From: Candidatus Eiseniibacteriota bacterium
GTDB taxonomy: Bacteria; Eisenbacteria; RBG-16-71-46; DASYSL01
Reading direction: 5' to 3'
DNA: 23,941 bases
Assembly: GCA_031431875.1 (NCBI GenBank)
Contig: JANPEF010000149.1
Span: 1 to 23,941, forward strand
Shown here: in pieces, positions 16,244 to 23,941 of the stretch
Layout of the letters: each line of letters opens with the position of its first letter
Numbering within the stretch: the first letter of the stretch is position 1
Notes under the pieces: generated by a model
Seen by the model: only the letters and a program-made list of their open reading frames with translations
What the model was told of the DNA's origin: nothing
The model's database searches: none
Program-made: the position numbers and the translations under genes

Positions 16244-18979
16244 TCAGGACGGCCGCCGCGGGGACAGCGGCAGCCGGGTCCCGGGCTCGCCCACCAGCGC
16301 GAACGCGGCCCAGGCGCGAGGATGCGCCGTTTCGGGCCGGGCGCGCAAGGCCGCCCGCGCGGCCCGGGAGGCGGCGGCGGCGTCCTGCCCGGTGGCCAGC
16401 GAAGTATAGAAGGCGCTCATGTAGAGCTCCGCGGTCCGGTCCTCGACCGGCCACAGGGTGGCCACCACCGTGGTCGTGCCCGCACAGAGAAAGCCGGCCG
16501 TCAGGCCGAGCGCTCCTTCGCCCGCGAGCGCGACCGCCCCCGCCGACTGGCAACCCGACAGCACGGCCAGCCGCGCCTTCAGTTTCATGCGCGCCACGGT
16601 CGAGGCGCGCAGGTACGCGTCGTCCCCCGTGCCGCGACCGAGCAGGAAGCCCGAGCGCCAGGGCGAGCCCTCGACCGCGTCGGCGTGCGCCGCGAAGTGC
16701 AGCGCGTCGAACCGGGGCAGGTCGCCGGTCATCTCGGTGACGGTGCGCTCACCGCGATTGCTGCGCACGACGACACGTGCGTAGGCGTTGCCGAGGAGCG
16801 CCAGCTCGCGCTCGGCGCCCGGCAGGTCGCGTCCGCGGGCATCGGTCGTGCGACTGACCGCGAGCAGTTCGCCCGGTCCGGTCGTGCGCCGCGCGCGCGC
16901 GCGCAACAGCGTGAACAGCGTGGCCGACGGCGCGACGACGACCTCGCGGTTCACGTCGAGAGCCGCACTCTCGCCCGGCAACGTCAGCGCCGCATAGGGC
17001 CACAGGGCGAGCGGGCCGCCGCCGGTGACGATGATGCGCCGCGCGGGCTTGAGTGCCGCCGCGACCGGCGTGAGGATCTCGGTCGAGAGGCGCTTGAGTC
17101 CTGCTTCGGTCACCGTCGCACTGCCCCCGCCGAGCATGCCGTCGCGCCAGTCGCTGAACAGCGGGTCGAGGCTCCGGGTCCCAGGCAGCAGCCGCGCGAC
17201 CACGGTGGTCCGGGTGACGACGAAGGCGAACGTGGTCTCGGGCGTGGCGACCAGGTCGAGCAGCGCCTCGTCGGGCCGCAGCACGTCGCGGGCCAGCGAG
17301 TCGGCAGTGACACGGCGCACCATGGCCCGCGCAGCCAGGCCTTGACCTTGCATACGCTCCTCGAGCGTCCGTGCCTGGAACGTCTGCAGCGCGTCGAACG
17401 CCTGGCGCGCGCGTTTCTCCTCGGGCACGTTCCGCCGCGGGTCGAGATAGGCCAGCCCCAGTTCCGAGAACATGCCCGCCAGGCCCGAGCCGGCGCGCTC
17501 GCGCCACTCGAGGTCCGAGATCTCGGCGCGCCAGCGCTCCCACGAGCGCGCCGCCCGTGTCAGCGTTGCGATCGCGCTGTCCGGCTGCCCCACGCCGCGT
17601 TGCGCCCGTGCCAGCTCGACTGCCGCGTCGAGCGCGTAGATCGAGGTCTTCTGCTTCGCCGGCCCCCACGTGAGCCGGACGGCCTCGCGCGCCGGATCGA
17701 GCGCTTCGGAGTGCTTGCCCAGCGCGCGCCGGGCGGCGCTGCGTTCCATCAATGCGGCGCCGACGTTGTCGGGCGTCATGCGCGCCCGCCGGGCGGGCAC
17801 CAGCAGCGAGTCGATCAGGTCCTCGGCCGCGGCCGGACGGCCGGTGGTGCGCAGCAGCCCGGCGAGCTCGATGGTCGCGCCCTCCTCGAGGATGGCGTCG
17901 TCGGCGCTGGCCTCGGCGCGCACGCCGCGCAGCGTGCGCTCGGCCTCGGTGGAACGTCCGGCGCGGTACTGGAGCGCGCCGATCTCGCGGCGCACGCCAA
18001 GACGGATGTTCGGATTCGGAAGCTGGCCACTCAGGTCGTCGAGCCGCGTCAGCAGGGCCTCGGCCTCGTCGAGCTTGCCGAGTTCGATCAGCGCGTGGGC
18101 GCGATTGATGCGTGCGTTGATCGCGCTGCCACGGTCGGCGTTGCGCATGGCGAGTGTGTCGAAGTGCGCGGCGGCGATCTCCCAGTTGCGGTCGGCGGCC
18201 GCCATGTCGCCCTGTTCGAAGGCGACGATGCCGAGGTCGTTGAGCGCCGCGGCGGTCAGCCAGCGATTCTTGCGCTTGCGGGCCTCGGCGAGGACGGCAT
18301 CGAACTCGACGCGCGCCTCGTCGCGGCGGCCGAGGCGGTTGAGCACTTCTCCGTATAGGAAACGCGTGTGCAGCCAATAGAACGATTCGGGTCGGAGCTG
18401 GCGCATTGCGGCCGTCAGTTCCTTCTGCGCCTCGGGGTATCGGCCGTCGTTCTTCGCGATCGCGCCGAGTCCGCGGTGGGCGAGGCCCTCCAGCTCGACG
18501 AGACGGGCGCGGCGCGCCAGGCGGACGGTTTCCGTGAAGTCCCGTTTCGCCTCCGGAACCTTCCCGGCAAGGTCGGCCCCGTAACCGCGTCGCGCGATGA
18601 TCGTGACGATCGCGAAGGTGTCGCGCATCGCGCGCGCCGTGACGAGTGCTGAGTCGAGGATCGCGACACCGCGTGCGAACTCGTTGTCGTAGGTGGCGAA
18701 GCGGTCCCCGCGCCAGATCTGCGTCGCGGCGACAAGCGGGCGATCCCCGCGGGCCACCGCGACCCGGGCGATGGAATCGACGTAGGCTAGCCCGCGCGGG
18801 CTCGCGCCGCGGCCGAGAGAATCGGCGAACGCGTCGAACTTCAGGTACTCACGCTGGATCGGGCCTGCAGGCGCGGCGGCGCCGCCCGCCTCGACGCCGG
18901 CAAGCAGCGCGGCGACGAGGCAGAGGGCGACGGCCAGCAGGCGATTCGGCGCGAACGGCGTGCGCCATGGCGCGGGCAT
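16244..18979 (-). CDS. TPR-CHAT (caspase-like, clan CD) protease with N-terminal signal peptide
   Basis: Start ATG 18979 with GGAGAG RBS; hydrophobic N-terminus RLLAVALCLVAALLAGVEAGGAAA. TPR-like helices (ALNDLGIVAFEQGD, RINRAHALIELGKLDEA). CHAT dyad LHFAAHA (His 16685-16687) and VLSGCQS (Cys 16550-16552), plus VVATLWPVED and HPRAWAAF. 911 aa. Confidence 0.94.
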   Translation of the reverse strand: MPAPWRTPFAPNRLLAVALCLVAALLAGVEAGGAAAPAGPIQREYLKFDAFADSLGRGASPRGLAYVDSIARVAVARGDRPLVAATQIWRGDRFATYDNEFARGVAILDSALVTARAMRDTFAIVTIIARRGYGADLAGKVPEAKRDFTETVRLARRARLVELEGLAHRGLGAIAKNDGRYPEAQKELTAAMRQLRPESFYWLHTRFLYGEVLNRLGRRDEARVEFDAVLAEARKRKNRWLTAAALNDLGIVAFEQGDMAAADRNWEIAAAHFDTLAMRNADRGSAINARINRAHALIELGKLDEAEALLTRLDDLSGQLPNPNIRLGVRREIGALQYRAGRSTEAERTLRGVRAEASADDAILEEGATIELAGLLRTTGRPAAAEDLIDSLLVPARRARMTPDNVGAALMERSAARRALGKHSEALDPAREAVRLTWGPAKQKTSIYALDAAVELARAQRGVGQPDSAIATLTRAARSWERWRAEISDLEWRERAGSGLAGMFSELGLAYLDPRRNVPEEKRARQAFDALQTFQARTLEERMQGQGLAARAMVRRVTADSLARDVLRPDEALLDLVATPETTFAFVVTRTTVVARLLPGTRSLDPLFSDWRDGMLGGGSATVTEAGLKRLSTEILTPVAAALKPARRIIVTGGGPLALWPYAALTLPGESAALDVNREVVVAPSATLFTLLRARARRTTGPGELLAVSRTTDARGRDLPGAERELALLGNAYARVVVRSNRGERTVTEMTGDLPRFDALHFAAHADAVEGSPWRSGFLLGRGTGDDAYLRASTVARMKLKARLAVLSGCQSAGAVALAGEGALGLTAGFLCAGTTTVVATLWPVEDRTAELYMSAFYTSLATGQDAAAASRAARAALRARPETAHPRAWAAFALVGEPGTRLPLSPRRPS

Positions 18980-19023
18980 GGGGGGCTCTCCGGGCAGGTG
19001 GGGGGAGCACGAACCGGCGAGCG

Positions 19024-19032
19024 AGGATAGCA
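19024..19032 (-). promoter_or_regulatory. Possible extended -10 promoter (TGCTATCCT) for the CHAT gene
   Basis: TGn-TATCCT lies 45 bp upstream of ATG 18979, in the 83-bp intergenic gap. Confidence 0.45.
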
Positions 19033-19062
19033 CGCGCGCACGGCCGCGTCCCGCGGCCATCT

Positions 19063-21033
19063 CTAGCGCAGGAGGACCAGCCTCTGCTCCCTCGTCTGGA
19101 CCGCGCCACCGGCGCGAACGGTCAGGCGCGCGAAGTAGATGCCCGCCGCGGCCGCCCTGGCGCCCGTCGCACCGGTCCCGTTCCAATGCGCCGCGTGCGT
19201 CCCCGGCACCTGTTCACCCCGCGCCAGCGTCGCGACCCGTCGTCCGCGCAGATCGTAGACCGCGAGGTCCACATCGGCCGGCGCCGGCAGCGTGAACGTG
19301 AACGCGGTCGCGCCCGCGCTCGGATTCGGGCGCGGGGCCGAGAGCGCGATCGGGCCCGCGGCGCCGCCCGGCTCGACCCCGACCAGGGCATGCACGCGCA
19401 GGTACTTCGTGCAGGAGTGCGAGCGGACGTGATCCCGGGCGTTGGGGAACAGCGTGACTACGGCATCAGCCGCGCTATCCGGTACGGTGATCGTGTATGT
19501 CACGTCGGCGAACGAATTGGCGGGAACGACGACCGTGGCGGGCACGAGCCCATCCGTCCACGGGCGATTGCTGCCGACGATGTACGAGTACTCGTCGGCG
19601 AACAGCGCATTCCAGTTCGCGATGCGCCACTCGACCTGCACGGCATCTCCCGCCGTCGCCTCGAGCGTGTCGCCGCAGCCCTCGGTGAGCTCGAAGCCGC
19701 CGGCGACGAACGTGCGCGCGTAGACGTCCGGATCGGTTCCGCGATGGTCGGACCAGGCGAACGTGACTCGCCCCGCGGACGCCGCGGCGGCGCTCTGCCA
19801 GCCCATACCGCCGAAATTCGAGGCGACGCTGTCCCAATCGGTCGTCGCGGAGGCAAGCGGTTCCGGCTCGCTCGCCATCGCGCCCATGTTCCACAGGCGC
19901 GTGACCATGTACTTGGACACGCTGTCGGGATCGAACGGCTGGAAGTCGTGCCAGCCCAGGTAGAAGTAGCCGTCGTCGGCCATCGTCACGGCCGGGTGCA
20001 CCTCGTAGGAATACGGCAGGCGCGGCAGCATCGAGCCGAACGTGTTCCACGCCGTCCCCGCGCAGCAATCGGAGTTGAAGAAGACTTCGCTCGGATCGAG
20101 CTGCGGCCCGTAGAAGTGGGTGGAAGGCCAGAACGCCAGCCGCGTCGCCGGAAAGTCGAGCGAGTGCCTGGCAATCAACAGAGTCATGCGCTGGCTGAGC
20201 CGGGTCGGGCTCCCCGGACTGTCCGCACTGAAGCCGATCTGGCCGATGAGTTCCTCGGGGCCGAAAGTCAGGCCACCGTCGTGCGATGTGCGGGTGACGA
20301 TGTCGCTGGGAGGATCGAACTGTCCCGCGGCCCCCGTGAACCACCCGGCGACCACCATGCCGTTTGGCCCCGCGGCGAGCGTCGGGCCGGTGTGGTAGCG
20401 ACCGACCGGATTGGTGACGGCGATGTCCTGGGACGTGGCCGACCCGGCGTCCTGCGCGACCCGGTAGAGCCGCGGTCTCTGGACGCCGCTGTCGAAGTAC
20501 TGCGTGAGCAGCACGTGCGCCACTCCGGTTCCGTCCCCGGTCGCCAGGGCGAGCGTGGGCACGATGATGCTCGAGCCCTGGTAGAGGAAGAGCTCGAGGG
20601 GCTCGCGCCACGAGATGAGGCCGTTGCCCTGCACCGTCCCGTTCGTGACATAGACGCCGACCCGTGGCCCTGGAACCCCGATCGTGCGCGCGTAGCCCAC
20701 CATCCACAGCTGTCCCGTGTTCTCGTCATAGGCGATGTGCCCATCGGGTCGCCAGTACCAGTTCGACGGCAGCCCGGGCAACGGGATGTTTTGATAGCCC
20801 TCCCCGCCATTCTGGGACAGCGCGAGCCGGACCATGTCGACCGCCGTCGTCGTGTCCGCGCGATCGTAGGAGAGGACGTAGGTGCGCAGCTGCGCCATCG
20901 CGACCGACGGCGAGTGCTGGGTGCCCGGGACCAGGCCATGGACCCGGACGTCGGCCATGGTCGGCACGGACATCGTCGTGGCGGCAATCGCCCCGCAGAG
21001 AACGAGGGCAGACAAGAAGATGGAGCGGCGCAT
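19063..21033 (-). CDS. Secreted Asp-box/BNR beta-propeller-like protein with C-terminal FlgD-Ig/T9SS-CTD-like domain
   Basis: Start ATG 21033 (GAGG RBS), signal peptide MRRSIFLSALVLCGAIAATTMSVPTMA. Asp-boxes SQNGGEGY and SHDGGLTF, and AWSDHRGTDPDVY. Tail PRPNP...VYDLRGRRVATL...WNG...AAGIYFARL. Confidence 0.88.
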   Translation of the reverse strand: MRRSIFLSALVLCGAIAATTMSVPTMADVRVHGLVPGTQHSPSVAMAQLRTYVLSYDRADTTTAVDMVRLALSQNGGEGYQNIPLPGLPSNWYWRPDGHIAYDENTGQLWMVGYARTIGVPGPRVGVYVTNGTVQGNGLISWREPLELFLYQGSSIIVPTLALATGDGTGVAHVLLTQYFDSGVQRPRLYRVAQDAGSATSQDIAVTNPVGRYHTGPTLAAGPNGMVVAGWFTGAAGQFDPPSDIVTRTSHDGGLTFGPEELIGQIGFSADSPGSPTRLSQRMTLLIARHSLDFPATRLAFWPSTHFYGPQLDPSEVFFNSDCCAGTAWNTFGSMLPRLPYSYEVHPAVTMADDGYFYLGWHDFQPFDPDSVSKYMVTRLWNMGAMASEPEPLASATTDWDSVASNFGGMGWQSAAAASAGRVTFAWSDHRGTDPDVYARTFVAGGFELTEGCGDTLEATAGDAVQVEWRIANWNALFADEYSYIVGSNRPWTDGLVPATVVVPANSFADVTYTITVPDSAADAVVTLFPNARDHVRSHSCTKYLRVHALVGVEPGGAAGPIALSAPRPNPSAGATAFTFTLPAPADVDLAVYDLRGRRVATLARGEQVPGTHAAHWNGTGATGARAAAAGIYFARLTVRAGGAVQTREQRLVLLR

Positions 21034-21102
21034 GGCGTACCTCGTCCGAAGGGTCCGGGACCGGTGCTGCAACCGAAGCCGGGAAATCGGGGGCTTCCTC
21101 GA

Positions 21103-21131
21103 ATGAGACGATACGGGGGGAGATTTGTCAG
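21103..21131 (-). promoter_or_regulatory. Putative ECF promoter motif, copy 1 (CTGACAAAT-N12-CGTCTCAT)
   Basis: Lies 70 bp upstream of ATG 21033 and matches the copy in front of the ECF sigma gene. Confidence 0.7.
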
Positions 21132-21134
21132 GCG

Positions 21135-21196
21135 CAGCCCACTTTCAGCCCAATTCACCTATCTCAGGCAAGGCCAATTGGGCTGCAGCCCAATTG
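21135..21196. promoter_or_regulatory. Array of four CAGCCCA(A/C)TT half-sites including a perfect 22-bp palindrome
   Basis: CAGCCCACTT 21135-21144 and CAGCCCAATT 21146-21155, then CAATTGGGCTG|CAGCCCAATTG 21175-21196. Confidence 0.7.
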
Positions 21197-21225
21197 ACTC
21201 GCACCAGTGCGAGTCGTTCGGGCAG

Positions 21226-23583
21226 TCAGGGCTTCTGGACGGCGATTCCCATGCGCTGCATCTTGGCGATCAGCGTCGTCCGGCTGGTGCCCAGCGAGTT
21301 GGCGGCACGCTGCTTGTTCCAGTTGTGGGAATGGAGGGCGTCGAGCACGCGGCGGCGTTCCTCGGCTTCGAGCGCCTCGGGCAGCGAGCGTGGCCGCGGC
21401 GCGCCCTCGAGCACGAACGGCAGGCGGCGCAGCTCGGCACCATCGGCGGTCAGGGCGACCAGCCGCTCCATGACGAGGCGAATCTCGCGCACGTTTCCCG
21501 GCCACGAGTGGCCGGCCATCTCCTCGCGCAACTCGGGCGTGAGGGTGATCGTCTTCTCCTGCTCCCGCGCGAACTTCGCGAGGAAGTGATCGATCAGCAG
21601 CTTCGCATCCTCGGGACGCTCCCGCACCGGCGAGAGCTGGACGACATAGCCCGCCAGGCGATGATAGAGGTCGAGCCGGAACTCGCCGGCCGCGACCATT
21701 GCGGGGAGCCCGCGATGCGTCGCCGCGACCACGCGCACGTCGACGACGCGGGCCGTGTTCTCGCCGAGCCGGCGCACCTCGCCGCCCTCGAGCGCCCGCA
21801 GCAGTCGCGCCTGCGCCTTGAACGGCATGTCGCCGATCTCGTCGAGGAACAGCGTGCCCTGGTGCGCGAACTCGAACAGCCCGACGCGCTCGCGATCGGC
21901 ACCCGTGTACGCCCCACGCGCATGGCCGAACAGCTCGCCCTCGATGAGGTCGCCCGGGAACGCGCTGCAGTTGATCGGCACGAACGGCCCTGTGCGACCG
22001 CTCTGGATGTGCACGGCCTGCGCGATGAGTTCCTTGCCGGTGCCGCTTTCGCCCAGCACGAGAATATTCAGCCGCCGTGGTGCCAGCGAGCGCACGATCC
22101 CCAGCATCTGCTTGGTCGCCGAATCGACCGTGAGGAAGCCGGGGATGATGGGCTCGGCGGACTCGATCTGGCGGGTCGTGGGGCGCCTGGCGCGCTGCTT
22201 GGCGGGCTCCGTGGTTGGCCCTGTCGCGTCGGCGCCCCCTGAGATCTCCGCGAGCACGTCCCCGGCTTCGGCGATCAGGTGCTCGGCCCCGATGCGCTGA
22301 AACAGCCGGTGCGACTCGGCCGCGAGCGTCATCGCGTCGACGCGCCGCCCCTCGGCGAGCGCATGTCGCGCCAGGGCGAGGGAGGCACGTGCGAAGCCGT
22401 GGTCGTCGCCGATCGTGTTGCCGATCTGGCGCGCCTCTTCGAGTGCCGACACCGCTGCGGAGGACTCGGCGAGCGAGTTCAGCACGTTGGCGAGGACGTA
22501 AAGGGAGGTTCCGAGCTCGAACGTGTCCCCCTGCTCGCGCGCGATCGCGACCGATTCCTCGATGAGCGTGTGAGCGTTCTTGGCTTCCCCGCACGCGAGC
22601 TCCGCGGCAGCCAGGCCCCGTAGGCACTCGAGAACGAGATCCGTCGCCTTGCCATGGCCGCGCGCGAGCAGCAACGCTTCGCGATACCGCTCGCGGGAGG
22701 CCTCGTGGTTGCCCAGGTCAAGGTCGCAGTCGCCGAGGAATTCTAAGGCGAGCACGAGGGTCCGCGGTTCGTTCTCGCCGCGGAGTTCTGTCACAATTGA
22801 TTCGAGTCGTGCTCTTGCGTGAAGCGACTCACCCAAACACCTCAAGGCTCGTGCCTCTGCGATTCGAGACAGGACGGCATGCCCGGTGAATCCAAGGGCG
22901 GTAAATACAGTGGCAGAGTCACCTGCGAGCGATGCGGACTCAACCAGTTGACCACGACGGAGGAGCAGGGTTGCGAGGTTGAGCTCGCTACGTGCCTTGC
23001 CGGTCGGCGAGTCCTCTTCCGTCGCGAGTCTAAGTGCGTGGCGAAGAAGTCGCTCTGCTTCGCGCAGATCGCCCGAATTCTTGAGCACCAAGCCAAGATT
23101 CATTAGGGCGCGCCCTTCCATTTGGCGGCTCCCTGCTCTGCGCGATGCAACAATTGCCTCTTCAAAACGCTCGCGAGCGTTCGCGTACTCCCCGCGGCGA
23201 TAAGAAACCGCTCCCAGGGCGAGGCAAAACGCCGCCGCTTCGGCCTCTCGGCCCAGATTGAGGGCCAAGCGATGTCCGGAAGTGAAGTGTTGTGCTGCGA
23301 GCTCGAATGCTTCGTTGCGAATTGCTAGCTGGCAAGAAAACAAGGAAAACGCGATTGCATGAGCAGCCGACTGTTCTTTCCAGGATGACAAAGTCTCGGC
23401 AAACTGCTCAACGCGCTCCCGTTCTCCTGCCATCGCCAGGTCGGTGATCGCGTTGATCAAGACGACGCGCTCGGTTACCGAGAGAGCGACACGGTCATCC
23501 AATTGCGCGATCAGTTCGTGCGCGTGCTGATTGCTCGCCTCCGCGAGCTGGTTCGGGCCATTCGCGCCGACTAGTTTCGCCAC
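21226..23583 (-). CDS. Sigma54-dependent enhancer-binding protein (AAA+ and Fis HTH) with long N-terminal TPR sensor; start uncertain (GTG 23583 preferred over ATG 23730)
   Basis: GESGTGKE, ELFGHARGAYTGA, LFLDEIGD, FRLDLYHRL, WPGNVRE and HTH WNKQRAANSLGTSRTTL. TPRs such as LALGAVSYRRGEYANA and ALMNLGLVLKNSGDLREA. No receiver domain. GTG 23583 avoids a 160-bp overlap with the upstream ORF. Confidence 0.93.
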   Translation of the reverse strand: MAKLVGANGPNQLAEASNQHAHELIAQLDDRVALSVTERVVLINAITDLAMAGERERVEQFAETLSSWKEQSAAHAIAFSLFSCQLAIRNEAFELAAQHFTSGHRLALNLGREAEAAAFCLALGAVSYRRGEYANARERFEEAIVASRRAGSRQMEGRALMNLGLVLKNSGDLREAERLLRHALRLATEEDSPTGKARSELNLATLLLRRGQLVESASLAGDSATVFTALGFTGHAVLSRIAEARALRCLGESLHARARLESIVTELRGENEPRTLVLALEFLGDCDLDLGNHEASRERYREALLLARGHGKATDLVLECLRGLAAAELACGEAKNAHTLIEESVAIAREQGDTFELGTSLYVLANVLNSLAESSAAVSALEEARQIGNTIGDDHGFARASLALARHALAEGRRVDAMTLAAESHRLFQRIGAEHLIAEAGDVLAEISGGADATGPTTEPAKQRARRPTTRQIESAEPIIPGFLTVDSATKQMLGIVRSLAPRRLNILVLGESGTGKELIAQAVHIQSGRTGPFVPINCSAFPGDLIEGELFGHARGAYTGADRERVGLFEFAHQGTLFLDEIGDMPFKAQARLLRALEGGEVRRLGENTARVVDVRVVAATHRGLPAMVAAGEFRLDLYHRLAGYVVQLSPVRERPEDAKLLIDHFLAKFAREQEKTITLTPELREEMAGHSWPGNVREIRLVMERLVALTADGAELRRLPFVLEGAPRPRSLPEALEAEERRRVLDALHSHNWNKQRAANSLGTSRTTLIAKMQRMGIAVQKP

Positions 23584-23915
23584 GACTGCGCCCCCGGCTT
23601 CCGCAGAATGGTAAGAAAGAGGCGTGAAGACCGGATGCGGTCCCATAGAGAGCGGGCTGTGTTTGGTTGAACTTCCGGCGCTATGGTGGACGTCGGATCG
23701 TACGTAACTGTTGAACGAAGGTCGCCCCAATCGTCATCGACGGGAAGTTGTCGAGGGCCACCGGGCGAGTCAGGATCCCCCATCCTCGGATCCAATCGCA
23801 GCACCGGCATCGACTCCGCCGAGCAACTCCGGAGGACCGGCGCGCAAAGACTCGACGCGATCGTGAAGACGACCGCGCATGCGGCGAGAGCGATGAAGAA
23901 TCGGGGTGTCTTCAT
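23571..23915 (-). CDS. Small secreted protein / putative signalling propeptide (114 aa)
   Basis: Strong AAGGAGG RBS at 23925-23931. Sec-type signal MKTPRFFIALAACAVVFTIASSLCA...SCSA, acidic Pro/Gly core MGDPDSPGG, and basic amphipathic C-terminus SLWDRIRSSRLFLTILRK. Its stop overlaps the likely start of the activator. Confidence 0.75.
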   Translation of the reverse strand: MKTPRFFIALAACAVVFTIASSLCAPVLRSCSAESMPVLRLDPRMGDPDSPGGPRQLPVDDDWGDLRSTVTYDPTSTIAPEVQPNTARSLWDRIRSSRLFLTILRKPGAQSWRN

Positions 23916-23941
23916 CTCGGGGTTCCTCCTTGTCGGACGGG

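Noticed and set aside
16244..18979. CHAT plus sigma as part of a type III-E CRISPR (Craspase) locus
   Set aside because: No Cas7-11, Csx30/Csx31-like gene or CRISPR array is visible in the window, and this CHAT protein has a signal peptide.
21066..21083. CCGGCTTCGGTTGCA as a sigma54 -24/-12 promoter
   Set aside because: Only 8 nt separate GG and GC, whereas sigma54 strictly needs 10.
18646..22242. 1198-aa plus-strand ORF
   Set aside because: Antisense shadow of the CHAT, Asp-box and activator genes.
23584..23730. N-terminal extension of the activator from ATG 23730
   Set aside because: It would overlap the peptide ORF by 160 bp and encodes Ser/His/Pro-rich sequence with no domain features. 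GTG 23583 fits translational coupling better, though the start is unproven.

Overview
High-GC (about 70%) bacterial DNA. Several secreted proteins end in a FlgD-Ig/T9SS-CTD-like tail, which suggests an FCB-related lineage such as Ca. Eisenbacteria (inference). From left to right the window holds: (1) a large reprolysin/M12B metalloprotease on the minus strand that runs off the left edge and is absent from the ORF track; (2) a short degenerate Ser/Thr-kinase remnant; (3) an M1 aminopeptidase; (4) a lower-GC ~1.9 kb islet with a convergent AbiEii/AbiEi type IV toxin-antitoxin pair, where the toxin is frameshifted in a G-run and two perfect 32-bp palindromes flank the antitoxin promoter; (5) a SWIM-SNF2 helicase; (6) a co-oriented minus-strand signalling cluster. 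In transcription order the cluster is: small secreted peptide, TPR-sensor sigma54-type activator, secreted Asp-box protein, signal-peptide TPR-CHAT protease, ECF sigma, membrane anti-sigma, OmpA protein, secreted triple-repeat protein. The best candidates for new biology are an exported-CHAT/anti-sigma/ECF proteolytic relay with a directly visible twice-repeated promoter motif (CTGACRAAT-N12-CGTCTCAT), and a peptide plus TPR-bEBP pair resembling peptide quorum sensing. All calls come from motif reading only; no database searches were run.
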